Of a stretch of DNA of 26,459 bases, positions 17,957-25,471 are shown one piece after another. Under the pieces are notes generated by a model. The model was not told the DNA's origin. It did not search any database and saw only the letters and a list, made by a program, of their open reading frames with translations. A program made the translations under genes and the position numbers. Position 1 is the stretch's first letter; the number at the start of each line of letters is the position of its first letter. This stretch comes from an uncultured Bacteriovoracaceae bacterium (lineage in GTDB: Bacteria > Bdellovibrionota > Bacteriovoracia > Bacteriovoracales > Bacteriovoracaceae). The DNA is taken from NCBI GenBank assembly GCA_964012805.1, contig CAXGUD010000047.1, positions 1 to 26,459 of the forward strand, read 5' to 3'.

Positions 17957-19249
17957 ATGGAAAACGAAGAAATAATGGGCCTTAGAAAGGCTCATCTTTA
18001 TCCCACAAAAATTCCCTATTACAAAGACCCCATTCAGCTTGTAAGAGCAAGTGGGTCTTATGTATGGGATAATCAAGGAAAGCAATACCTTGATGTAATA
18101 GGTGGAATCGTCTCGATTTCAGTAGGACACAACCATCCTCAAATTAAGGAGAAGATGAAGGCGATGATTGCTGAAGATGCTATTCAGCACACGACCTTTC
18201 TTTATCTTTCTCAATATATGGCAGAGTTAGGTAAGAAAATCTCTGATGTTGCACCTGATGGCCTAAACAAGTGCTACTTCGTAAACTCTGGTTCTGAAGC
18301 TAATGAAATGGCCATTATGAGTGCCAGGGTTGCTACCGGTGAGCAAATGGTTGTTTCTCTTCGTCATGGCTACCATGGTGGAACGAATGTTCCACTTGCT
18401 CTTTGTGGACATGGGACATGGAAGTATCCAGCCCAACCTCAAGCTTCTGTCGTTCACGCTATGGCACCTTATTGTTACCGTTGTCCTTTCAACAGTAAAA
18501 ATGGCTGCCACATGGAGTGTGCTGAAGATGTGAAAAATGTTATCGAAACGACAACCCACGGGAAAATTGCAGCTTTTATTGCTGAGCCTGTTATGGGTGT
18601 TGGGGGCTTTATTGATCCTCCAGTGCAATACCATAAAAGAGTTCATGAAATTGTGAAAAGCTATGGTGGTCTCTATATATCTGATGAAGTTCAAGCAGGT
18701 GTTGGAAGAACAGGGAAGCACTTTTTTGCTATTGAAGAGTCTGGTGTAACTCCTGACCTTATAACGATGGCCAAAGGAATTGGTAACGGAGCTCCTGTTG
18801 GTGCTGTGATTGCTAAAGATGAGGTTGCTGAAGCGATGAAAGGAAAACTCCACTTTAATACTTTTGGAGGAGACCCCTATCAAGCGATGCAGGCCTCTGA
18901 GGTTGTTGATATTGTTTTAAATGATAACCTTATTGAAAATTCAAAAGTCATGGGGAACTATTTAAAAGAAGCTTTTAAAGATCTTCAAAAAGATTTTCCT
19001 GTGATTGGTGACGTGAGAGGTCGAGGCCTCATGCTAGGTCTTGAGCTTGTCAAAGATAGAAAGACAAAAGAGCCGGCGGCCAACGAAGCGGCTCTTTTAA
19101 TGGAGCTTTCAAAAGGCGAAGGACTCCTCATTGGTAAAGGTGGCCTTTACGGAAACGTCATTAGAATCGCTCCATCTCTAGGTATCTCAAGAAGTGAAGC
19201 CGATGAACTAGTGACAAAACTTAAAGCTTCTTTTCAAAAGCTTTCTTAA
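17957..19249 (+). CDS. Class III PLP aminotransferase, AGXT2-like; probable beta-alanine/beta-aminoisobutyrate:pyruvate transaminase
   Basis: NSGSEANE, GYHG, SDEVQAGVGRTG, TMAKGIGNG (PLP Lys), HFNTFGG and DVRGRGLMLG; lies between the ureidopropionase and the NCS1 gene. Confidence 0.88.
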   Translation: MENEEIMGLRKAHLYPTKIPYYKDPIQLVRASGSYVWDNQGKQYLDVIGGIVSISVGHNHPQIKEKMKAMIAEDAIQHTTFLYLSQYMAELGKKISDVAPDGLNKCYFVNSGSEANEMAIMSARVATGEQMVVSLRHGYHGGTNVPLALCGHGTWKYPAQPQASVVHAMAPYCYRCPFNSKNGCHMECAEDVKNVIETTTHGKIAAFIAEPVMGVGGFIDPPVQYHKRVHEIVKSYGGLYISDEVQAGVGRTGKHFFAIEESGVTPDLITMAKGIGNGAPVGAVIAKDEVAEAMKGKLHFNTFGGDPYQAMQASEVVDIVLNDNLIENSKVMGNYLKEAFKDLQKDFPVIGDVRGRGLMLGLELVKDRKTKEPAANEAALLMELSKGEGLLIGKGGLYGNVIRIAPSLGISRSEADELVTKLKASFQKLS

Positions 19250-19286
19250 ACTTTAGACCCCCTAGCGGTCCATAAAGGAGGGTGAT

Positions 19287-20753
19287 GTGAAACTCATCAA
19301 TGATGATTTGGCACCAGTTACAGAGAAGGGAAAAACCTGGAGTACTCTCAATTATTTTTCTCTTTGGGTAGGGATGGCCGTTTGTATCCCCTCCTATATG
19401 ATCGCTTCAAGCCTTATAGCTGCTGGAATGAGTTTGTGGCAGGCCATGGGCTGTGTTTTTTTAGGGAATATGATTGTTTTAGTTCCCATGGTTTTAAACG
19501 GAATGGCGGGAACAAAGTATGGTGTTCCCTATCCCGTTTTTGCGAGGGCGAGCTTTGGCGTTTTAGGCTCTAATGTCCCTGCCCTTTTAAGAGCAGTCGT
19601 CGCTTGTGGTTGGTTTGGGATTCAATCATGGATCGGTGGAACTGCGGTCAAAGCTGTTATAAGCCAGGTTTGGCCAGCTTTTTTAGAGCTTCCTCAAGTG
19701 ATGCCCGCTTTTATGGGAGTTGATACACCGTCTTTTATTAGTTTTCTTATTTTTTGGGGCTTCAACGTTTACCTCATTTTAAAAGGTGTTGAGTCCATTA
19801 AGTTTTTAGAAACGGCTGCAGCACCGATTCTTTTGATTGCAGGCGTTGTTCTTTTAGGGTGGGCCGTTTCCCAAACAGGTATTGAGCCTCTTTTAAATCA
19901 GCCATCAACTTTTAAAACAAGTGAAGAATTTTGGAATATTTTTATTCCAAGTCTTACGGGCATGGTCGGCTTTTGGGCCACCATGAGTTTGAATATTCCC
20001 GATTTTACTCGTTATGCTAAAGACCAAAAAAGCCAAATGATTGGTCAGGCCTTAGGTCTTCCAACGACGATGACTTTATTTGCTCTCATTGGTGTGATGG
20101 TGACAAAGGCAACACAAGTCCTTTACGGGACGGCCATTTGGGATCCAGTTCAAGTTATTCAGAAATTTGATAATCCTGCGATTCTTTTGATTTCTATGAT
20201 TATTATTAGTATTGCTACTTTATCAACCAACGTTGCTGCCAATGTTGTGGGCCCTGCTAACGATATTTCAAATGTTAATCCGGATAAAATTAATTTTAAA
20301 ACAGGTGGAATGATCACAGCTTTCCTAGGTATTTTTATGATGCCTTGGAAGTTGATTGCTGATCCTCAAGGATATGTTTTTACCTGGCTTATAGGTTACT
20401 CCTCCCTTCTTGGTCCTATAGGAGGAATTCTTTTAGTTGATTATTTCCTATTAAGAAAACAAAAATTAGTAGTAGAAGACCTTTACAAAAAGGATGGGGT
20501 CTATTGGTATTCAGGTGGTTTTAATACAAAAGCGCTCATGGCCTTTGTTTTAGGAGTACTTCCTAACGTGCCAGGTTTTTTAAAGCAAATTCAGGTTGTG
20601 AATGAAATTCCTGGGGTTTTTGAGACCATTTATAGTTACGCTTGGTTTGTTGGCCTACCCCTTGCTGGTCTTGTCTATTACGGGCTAATGATGGCCAAAG
20701 AAAGTGAAGAAATTTCCGAAATCGATTCGGGAGAGGAGTTCCAAAATGTCTGA
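19287..20753 (+). CDS. NCS1 nucleobase:cation symporter (uracil/dihydropyrimidine/allantoin permease type)
   Basis: LWVGMAVCIPSY, GTKYGVPYPVFARASFG, ACGWFGIQSW, FWATMSLNIPDFTRY, NVAANVV and MPWKL; about 12 TM segments; AAGGAGG SD before GTG. Confidence 0.95.
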   Translation: MKLINDDLAPVTEKGKTWSTLNYFSLWVGMAVCIPSYMIASSLIAAGMSLWQAMGCVFLGNMIVLVPMVLNGMAGTKYGVPYPVFARASFGVLGSNVPALLRAVVACGWFGIQSWIGGTAVKAVISQVWPAFLELPQVMPAFMGVDTPSFISFLIFWGFNVYLILKGVESIKFLETAAAPILLIAGVVLLGWAVSQTGIEPLLNQPSTFKTSEEFWNIFIPSLTGMVGFWATMSLNIPDFTRYAKDQKSQMIGQALGLPTTMTLFALIGVMVTKATQVLYGTAIWDPVQVIQKFDNPAILLISMIIISIATLSTNVAANVVGPANDISNVNPDKINFKTGGMITAFLGIFMMPWKLIADPQGYVFTWLIGYSSLLGPIGGILLVDYFLLRKQKLVVEDLYKKDGVYWYSGGFNTKALMAFVLGVLPNVPGFLKQIQVVNEIPGVFETIYSYAWFVGLPLAGLVYYGLMMAKESEEISEIDSGEEFQNV

Positions 20754-21825
20754 AAAATTAGAAGTTTATTCCAATGGTGTTCGTTTCGAAAACCCTTTCC
20801 TAGTGGGTTCTGGACCTCCATCAACAAATGGAAAAATTATTGCCCGTTCTTTTAAGGCGGGATGGGGTGGATCAGTCCTCAAAACTCTAAGTCTTGACCA
20901 TACCAAAGTGAGAAACATTGCTCCTCGCTATGGTAAACTTATGGATCACGGAAAATGTATTGGGTATACTAATAACGAGCTCATCACTGACCGTCCTCTT
21001 GATATTTGGCTTGATGAAATAAAGGCCCTAAAAAAAGAATTTCCAGATAAGGTTATTGTGGCCTCCATTATGGAAGAACCTATTCGAGAAAATTGGCAAA
21101 AACTCACTGAACTTGTTTGTAAAGCGGGAGCCGACCTTATTGAGCTAAATCTTTCTTGTCCTCATGGGATGCCTGAGCGAAAAATGGGTCAGGCCATGGG
21201 GCAAGACTGCAGTATGGTTCAGGAAGTGACTGGTTGGGTTAAAGATGTATCAACAGTTCCAGTTTGGGCAAAGATGACTCCAAATGTAATGGACATCACT
21301 CAACCTGCAGCAAGTGCTTATAAAGCTGGTGCTGATGGTATTACGGCCATCAATACAATTTTGAGTGTTGCTGGCGTTGACATGAAAAGCTTTAAGCCAA
21401 CCCCTAATGTTAAAGGTATTTCAGCTTTTGGTGGCTACTCTTACAAATCAGTTAAGCCAATCGGTCTTCGTATGGTAGCCGAACTTGCTATGGCCTTCCC
21501 AAAATCTATTATTAGTGGTGTTGGGGGGGTAACTGATGGCCATAGTGCAGCTGAATTTATGTGCATGGGGTCAACTACTCTTCAAGTTTGTACTGGAATT
21601 ATGCTAGACGGTTTCAAGATTGTTGATCAGCTAAAAGAAGAGTTAACTACTATTCTTGACGGTCATGGAATGGCCAACGTTTTAGAACTTAGAGGCAAAT
21701 CTCTAGAGTTCTTTGGAACGATGAAAGAAATGGCAGACCGAATGGAAGCCAGCAAGAAAAAGACGGCTCATACCAATGCATTTGAAGGAGACAATATCGT
21801 CAATGTCTCTAATGAACTCTGCTAG
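20746..21825 (+). CDS. preA: Dihydropyrimidine dehydrogenase FMN subunit (PreA/plant PYD1-like), lacking the C-terminal 4Fe-4S domain
   Basis: NPFLVGSGPPST, GWGGSVLKT, NELITDRP, NLSCPHGMPERKMG (catalytic Cys), WAKMTPN, AINT and QVCTG. ATG 20746 has a GAGGAG SD and overlaps the NCS1 stop (ATGTCTGA). No CxxCxxC motif is present. Confidence 0.9.
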   Translation: MSEKLEVYSNGVRFENPFLVGSGPPSTNGKIIARSFKAGWGGSVLKTLSLDHTKVRNIAPRYGKLMDHGKCIGYTNNELITDRPLDIWLDEIKALKKEFPDKVIVASIMEEPIRENWQKLTELVCKAGADLIELNLSCPHGMPERKMGQAMGQDCSMVQEVTGWVKDVSTVPVWAKMTPNVMDITQPAASAYKAGADGITAINTILSVAGVDMKSFKPTPNVKGISAFGGYSYKSVKPIGLRMVAELAMAFPKSIISGVGGVTDGHSAAEFMCMGSTTLQVCTGIMLDGFKIVDQLKEELTTILDGHGMANVLELRGKSLEFFGTMKEMADRMEASKKKTAHTNAFEGDNIVNVSNELC

Positions 21826-21851
21826 CCATTAAGCGTTTTATTTTTTATGAT

Positions 21852-21879
21852 AAGGGTCCTTAATAAGGGCCCTTTTTTT
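21852..21879 (+). terminator. Rho-independent terminator closing the pyrimidine operon
   Basis: AAGGGTCCTT-aat-AAGGGCCCTT stem (one G-U pair) running into a T7 tract, 26 nt after the preA stop. Confidence 0.85.
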
Positions 21880-21934
21880 GTAAAGTGACCCTTCCAATTT
21901 TATTAATATAAAAGAATAAAATAAGGATTTTTGA

Positions 21935-22252
21935 ATGAATTTATTGTCACTTGATGAGCTTTATGAAAAATCTAAAAACCTTAAAGAGGGTGAAGTCATT
22001 TTAGATGTTCGAGGACCCAGTGAGTTTGCTGAAGGTCATATTGAGGGAAGCCTCAATATACCTCATGATTCAGTAGTAGAGCATGTTGATAAGTTGAAGG
22101 AATATAAAAATATTTATATCCACTGTAAAATGGGTGGTAGAGCAAAAATGGCCTATTCCATGCTAGAAGAAAGTGGTATTAATAACATGGAAGTCTGTGT
22201 CGAAGCCGGTTTTCAAGGCTGGATAGAGAAAGGTTATCCTGTACATAAATAG
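21935..22252 (+). CDS. Single-domain rhodanese-like sulfurtransferase
   Basis: ILDVRGPSEFAEGHIEGSLNIP, active-site loop HCKMGGRA and GFQGWIEKGYPV; TAAGGA SD. Confidence 0.92.
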   Translation: MNLLSLDELYEKSKNLKEGEVILDVRGPSEFAEGHIEGSLNIPHDSVVEHVDKLKEYKNIYIHCKMGGRAKMAYSMLEESGINNMEVCVEAGFQGWIEKGYPVHK

Positions 22253-22269
22253 ACCTAAAGAATTAGTTC

Positions 22270-23076
22270 TTAGCGCTTAAACTTGAACTGCCTAAATTTA
22301 TTTTCTTTTGTAAGGGGTGTTGGTTTGAAGCCAACACAACTTTTTATATGCTTGGCTTTTTCATCAGGAATTCTTATAAACTCCTTAAAAGGCATAAAGG
22401 ATCCTTGCCTCCGATTCCTTTTAGAGTTGTAAAAGGCCAATTCAAAAGTGTAAGAACCTTTCATTTTCATGCCACCATTTAAACGCGTGAAAAAGCCAAT
22501 CTCTTCACTTTTTGAAGTGAGGGGATATTTTGCTCCTCTTTGGACTAAAATCCTTTTTGTTGAACCTGTCTTTCTTTCTTCAATGCTAACATCTGGAATT
22601 ATCTTATTGTGTTCAAAAGCTGGACAAGAGAACTTTTCAAATCGGGAGGAATGAGCAGCAGCACTGTAAAAAATAGAAAATCCCGTTTTTTTTATATCTC
22701 TGAAAAACTTTCCATTGGATGACTTTCTCCAGTTCTTTTGAACAAGAGGCAGAGTGATGTGTCCTAAGATAGTTTTATTTCCAGTCCTACTAATTTTGGA
22801 AACTTTAATAAGCCATGAGTCGACTTCTGTTTTTTTATTAATGTCTTTCAAATGCTCTTTAGAGAGAGAAGGTATATTTAATGAAACGAGAATTCCTTTA
22901 GAAATTTTATTCAAAGATTTTCCTCTACCCACTTTCCAATCGACTACCCTAACTCGATCAATAGTACCTTTAGGTAAATCAATCATAAAAGAGTGAGAGT
23001 TTAAGGGAGAATAGGTATAGTTTTCGGAACAACCTAAAAGTAAAAGAGGTATAAAAATATAAATCCAATTTCTCAT
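22270..23076 (-). CDS. Hypothetical basic lipoprotein (268 aa)
   Basis: MRNWIYIFIPLLLLGC is a canonical lipobox; K/R-rich mature region with one additional Cys pair. Confidence 0.8.
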   Translation of the reverse strand: MRNWIYIFIPLLLLGCSENYTYSPLNSHSFMIDLPKGTIDRVRVVDWKVGRGKSLNKISKGILVSLNIPSLSKEHLKDINKKTEVDSWLIKVSKISRTGNKTILGHITLPLVQKNWRKSSNGKFFRDIKKTGFSIFYSAAAHSSRFEKFSCPAFEHNKIIPDVSIEERKTGSTKRILVQRGAKYPLTSKSEEIGFFTRLNGGMKMKGSYTFELAFYNSKRNRRQGSFMPFKEFIRIPDEKAKHIKSCVGFKPTPLTKENKFRQFKFKR

Positions 23077-23145
23077 TCGATCCGTTTCGGAATTAAATTA
23101 TATTTTATTAAAACCTGATCTAATCGGTAGAGATTTTTAAAAATT

Positions 23146-23172
23146 TCAAAGTTTGTAAATGAAATTCGATAA
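23146..23172 (+). promoter_or_regulatory. sigma28-like promoter candidate, adjacent to an oppositely oriented ACCGATTA -10 element at 23121-23128
   Basis: TCAAAGTTT-gtaaatgaaa-TTCGATAA versus TAAAGTTT-N11-GCCGATAA, 40 nt upstream of ATG 23212. Confidence 0.4.
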
Positions 23173-23211
23173 GAAACTTGTGAAATATTTAGAAAAATTG
23201 AGCTTATTAAA

Positions 23212-23899
23212 ATGAATAATATTTTAATAATTCTGTTATTTTCATTTTTATGTTTGGAGAATTCTTATTCATCACAAAAAGAATTAGAAAGCTCTTTTGA
23301 CTTATCTCCCTTAAAAAATAATGAAAAAAAGAAAAGAAGACGACTTCTATTGTTACCGTTCTGCGGATGTAAATGGACCTCTACAAACTCACCTCTTGGC
23401 AAAAGAAACAGCAACTCTTTTGGAGAAACGATCACTCGAAATACCCTTTTTAAGTTTTCTTTTTGCTGGAGATAGAAGGGCATTGGATCCACAAAAAGTG
23501 CATAAAATAATGGTAAATGGCTTTAAAAAACTTAATTCCTTTGTGTATCTTGAGGAAGATACTGATTTAGATTATCTGAAACAATTTGGTGGCAATCCAA
23601 AGAAAGTAAAAAGCCATAATAAAAAGGATAAAATTTATGGTCAATCTCATCTATCTTTAATAACACCACCTAAGGATTTCTATTATGGAAAAAGTGGTAT
23701 TTATAGAGATTGTGAGCACTATCCAGAAAAGTCGAAAGACTTTAAGAATTGTAAAAGTGAGGGGTTTGACAATAAAGTGTGGATTGGAGAGGCAACTAAA
23801 AAAAACTTAAAAAAGGGTCTTATGAGGCGTTTACGCTATAATCCACTGTGGAAAACCATGCTTAAAGAAATTAAAAAACACCTTATAGCTACAGAATAA
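23212..23899 (+). pseudogene. Disrupted secreted alpha/beta-hydrolase-like gene (frameshift and apparent internal loss)
   Basis: A signal-peptide ORF from 23212 (MNNILIILLFSFLCLENSYS...SFDLSP) and the 23321-23899 ORF are in different frames, joined at A-runs around 23313-23340. The second ORF resembles an alpha/beta-hydrolase C-terminal half (PFLSFLFAGD...SHLSL...YYG...RLRYNP), but no GxSxG appears in either piece. Confidence 0.55.
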
Positions 23900-23980
23900 C
23901 ATCTTTCTTCTATTATTATCTTTTATCATAATGAGGTATCTATTTTATTGATTTACTGCAGTTGATTAGTAAAACCTGTC

Positions 23981-25039
23981 CTATTTATTAAAAATCAAAT
24001 TAGATTTTTCTAATTGTTCAACATGAGAAACAAGAGTTTCTTTTGCATCCTTATATTGAATTCCTAGTCCTTTTATACTTTTTGTATTATCAAACTTAAT
24101 TTCATAGCCTATATTTTTTGAAACCCACTCCCAGGAAAGACCTGCTATAATAGGTCCTAAAATATAAAACATAAACTTTGGAACTTCTTTTTTAGGAATT
24201 TTATACTTACCTTCAAAATTTTCTCTTAATAATTTTGCCATTTCAAGCATACTAATGGATTTTGCAGTTAAAATATGTCTTCCTTTTACGTCTGGGCTTA
24301 AACCGGCTTTAATGTGGGCATTTGCCACATCTCTTACATCGACGATGCCTATTTCAGTTTTTGGCACTCCAGTTGCTAATTTACCGTTAACCATAGACCT
24401 AATAAAATCGACACTGGCACCATCAATTCTCTCTGAAAGAGAAGGACCAAGGACAAAAGAGGGGTTGATGGTAACAAGACCCCATTTATCTTGCTTATCA
24501 TGAATTTCCCAAGCTTTTTTTTCTGCTAGTGTTTTGGAATAAGAATAGGGGTTATGTTTTAAAGATGATGTTGTGTTCCAGCATCCTTCGTCAAAAATGC
24601 CTTTTGGGGTTTGGCCTATATCTATTGAATCACTATAAATAGCTGCTACACTCGAGGTTAAAACAACTCTTTTTACACCTCCGACTCTGTTAACTCCATC
24701 TAAAACATTTTTAGTTCCATTTTCAGCTGGCTCAATAAGATCTTTAAGAGGGTCTTTAACTTTTCCAATAACAAAGGGTGAAGCTGTGTGAATAACCAGT
24801 TCGCAATCTTTAATTGCTTTATCAAAAGACCCTTCTGAATTTAGATCAGCTTCAAATAATTCTAGTTCACCTTTTGTCTCCGAATTTATTTTGTCTAAAT
24901 GGGAGACCTTTTTAGTATTTTTCTTGTCCCTGACTGTTGCCCTTACCTGATGACCATCTGCAAGTAAATACTGAATTATCCAGGATGCAATATAACCACT
25001 GCCACCAGTCACCAAGATAGGTTTTTTTTTATCGATCAT
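23981..25039 (-). CDS. Extended SDR NAD(P)-dependent epimerase/dehydratase, aldehyde reductase/dihydroflavonol-4-reductase-like
   Basis: ILVTGGSGYIA, VIHTASP, VVLTSSVAA, YSYSK (YxxxK), INPSFVLGP and VDVRDVA; ATG 25039 preferred over TTG 25075. Confidence 0.92.
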   Translation of the reverse strand: MIDKKKPILVTGGSGYIASWIIQYLLADGHQVRATVRDKKNTKKVSHLDKINSETKGELELFEADLNSEGSFDKAIKDCELVIHTASPFVIGKVKDPLKDLIEPAENGTKNVLDGVNRVGGVKRVVLTSSVAAIYSDSIDIGQTPKGIFDEGCWNTTSSLKHNPYSYSKTLAEKKAWEIHDKQDKWGLVTINPSFVLGPSLSERIDGASVDFIRSMVNGKLATGVPKTEIGIVDVRDVANAHIKAGLSPDVKGRHILTAKSISMLEMAKLLRENFEGKYKIPKKEVPKFMFYILGPIIAGLSWEWVSKNIGYEIKFDNTKSIKGLGIQYKDAKETLVSHVEQLEKSNLIFNK

Positions 25040-25471
25040 ATTAAACCCTTTTTCAGATGGATTGATTAATTCCAAATTATTAAAAAATTATCCTAATTAT
25101 TTTTTTTAAAAAAATCCATAACTATTTATATTTTAAAAAAATTAAATAACAAAAATTAAGTTTTATAGGAGGCGTTTTTATTTTTGTTTTAAAGCTTCTA
25201 AATTTTCTACCTTTTAATTTCTTTACGTCCCATTCAATTTATTTTGGTACCGCTTTTTATATAAAATTACCAATTATTATTTAAATAAAATGTTTTTAAT
25301 GGCCTATTAAAAATCCTAATAAAGAATTTATTTTTAAAATTAAATATCACTTTTTATGAATAATAAAAAAATGTTCAGTGTTATGACTTCCAACTCACAA
25401 TTAATCTCTTTTTTGTCAATTAAAAAGGATGGTTTTCTAATGGAGGATATTTGTAATTTTTGGAATAATTA

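Noticed and set aside
20746..21825. Calling this gene dihydroorotate dehydrogenase (pyrD)
   Set aside because: SCPHGM, NELITDRP and AGWG are dihydropyrimidine dehydrogenase signatures, the context is catabolic, and there is no pyrK or other pyr gene.
15487..21825. Visibly higher GC of the catabolic operon as evidence of horizontal transfer
   Set aside because: It can be explained by Gly/Ala/Val-rich enzymes versus Lys/Asn/Phe-rich neighbours, and I saw no integrase, tRNA or flanking direct repeats.
1530..24503. Short alternative-frame and antisense ORFs in the track (e.g. 1709-2152, 14471-14662, 15574-15849, 18263-18883, 23265-23492, 24255-24503)
   Set aside because: They lie within or across well-supported genes and have no recognisable motifs; they are treated as shadow ORFs.
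25040..25471. Replication origin in the AT-rich gap
   Set aside because: I found no clustered DnaA boxes (TTATCCACA) and no dnaA/gidA/parAB context.
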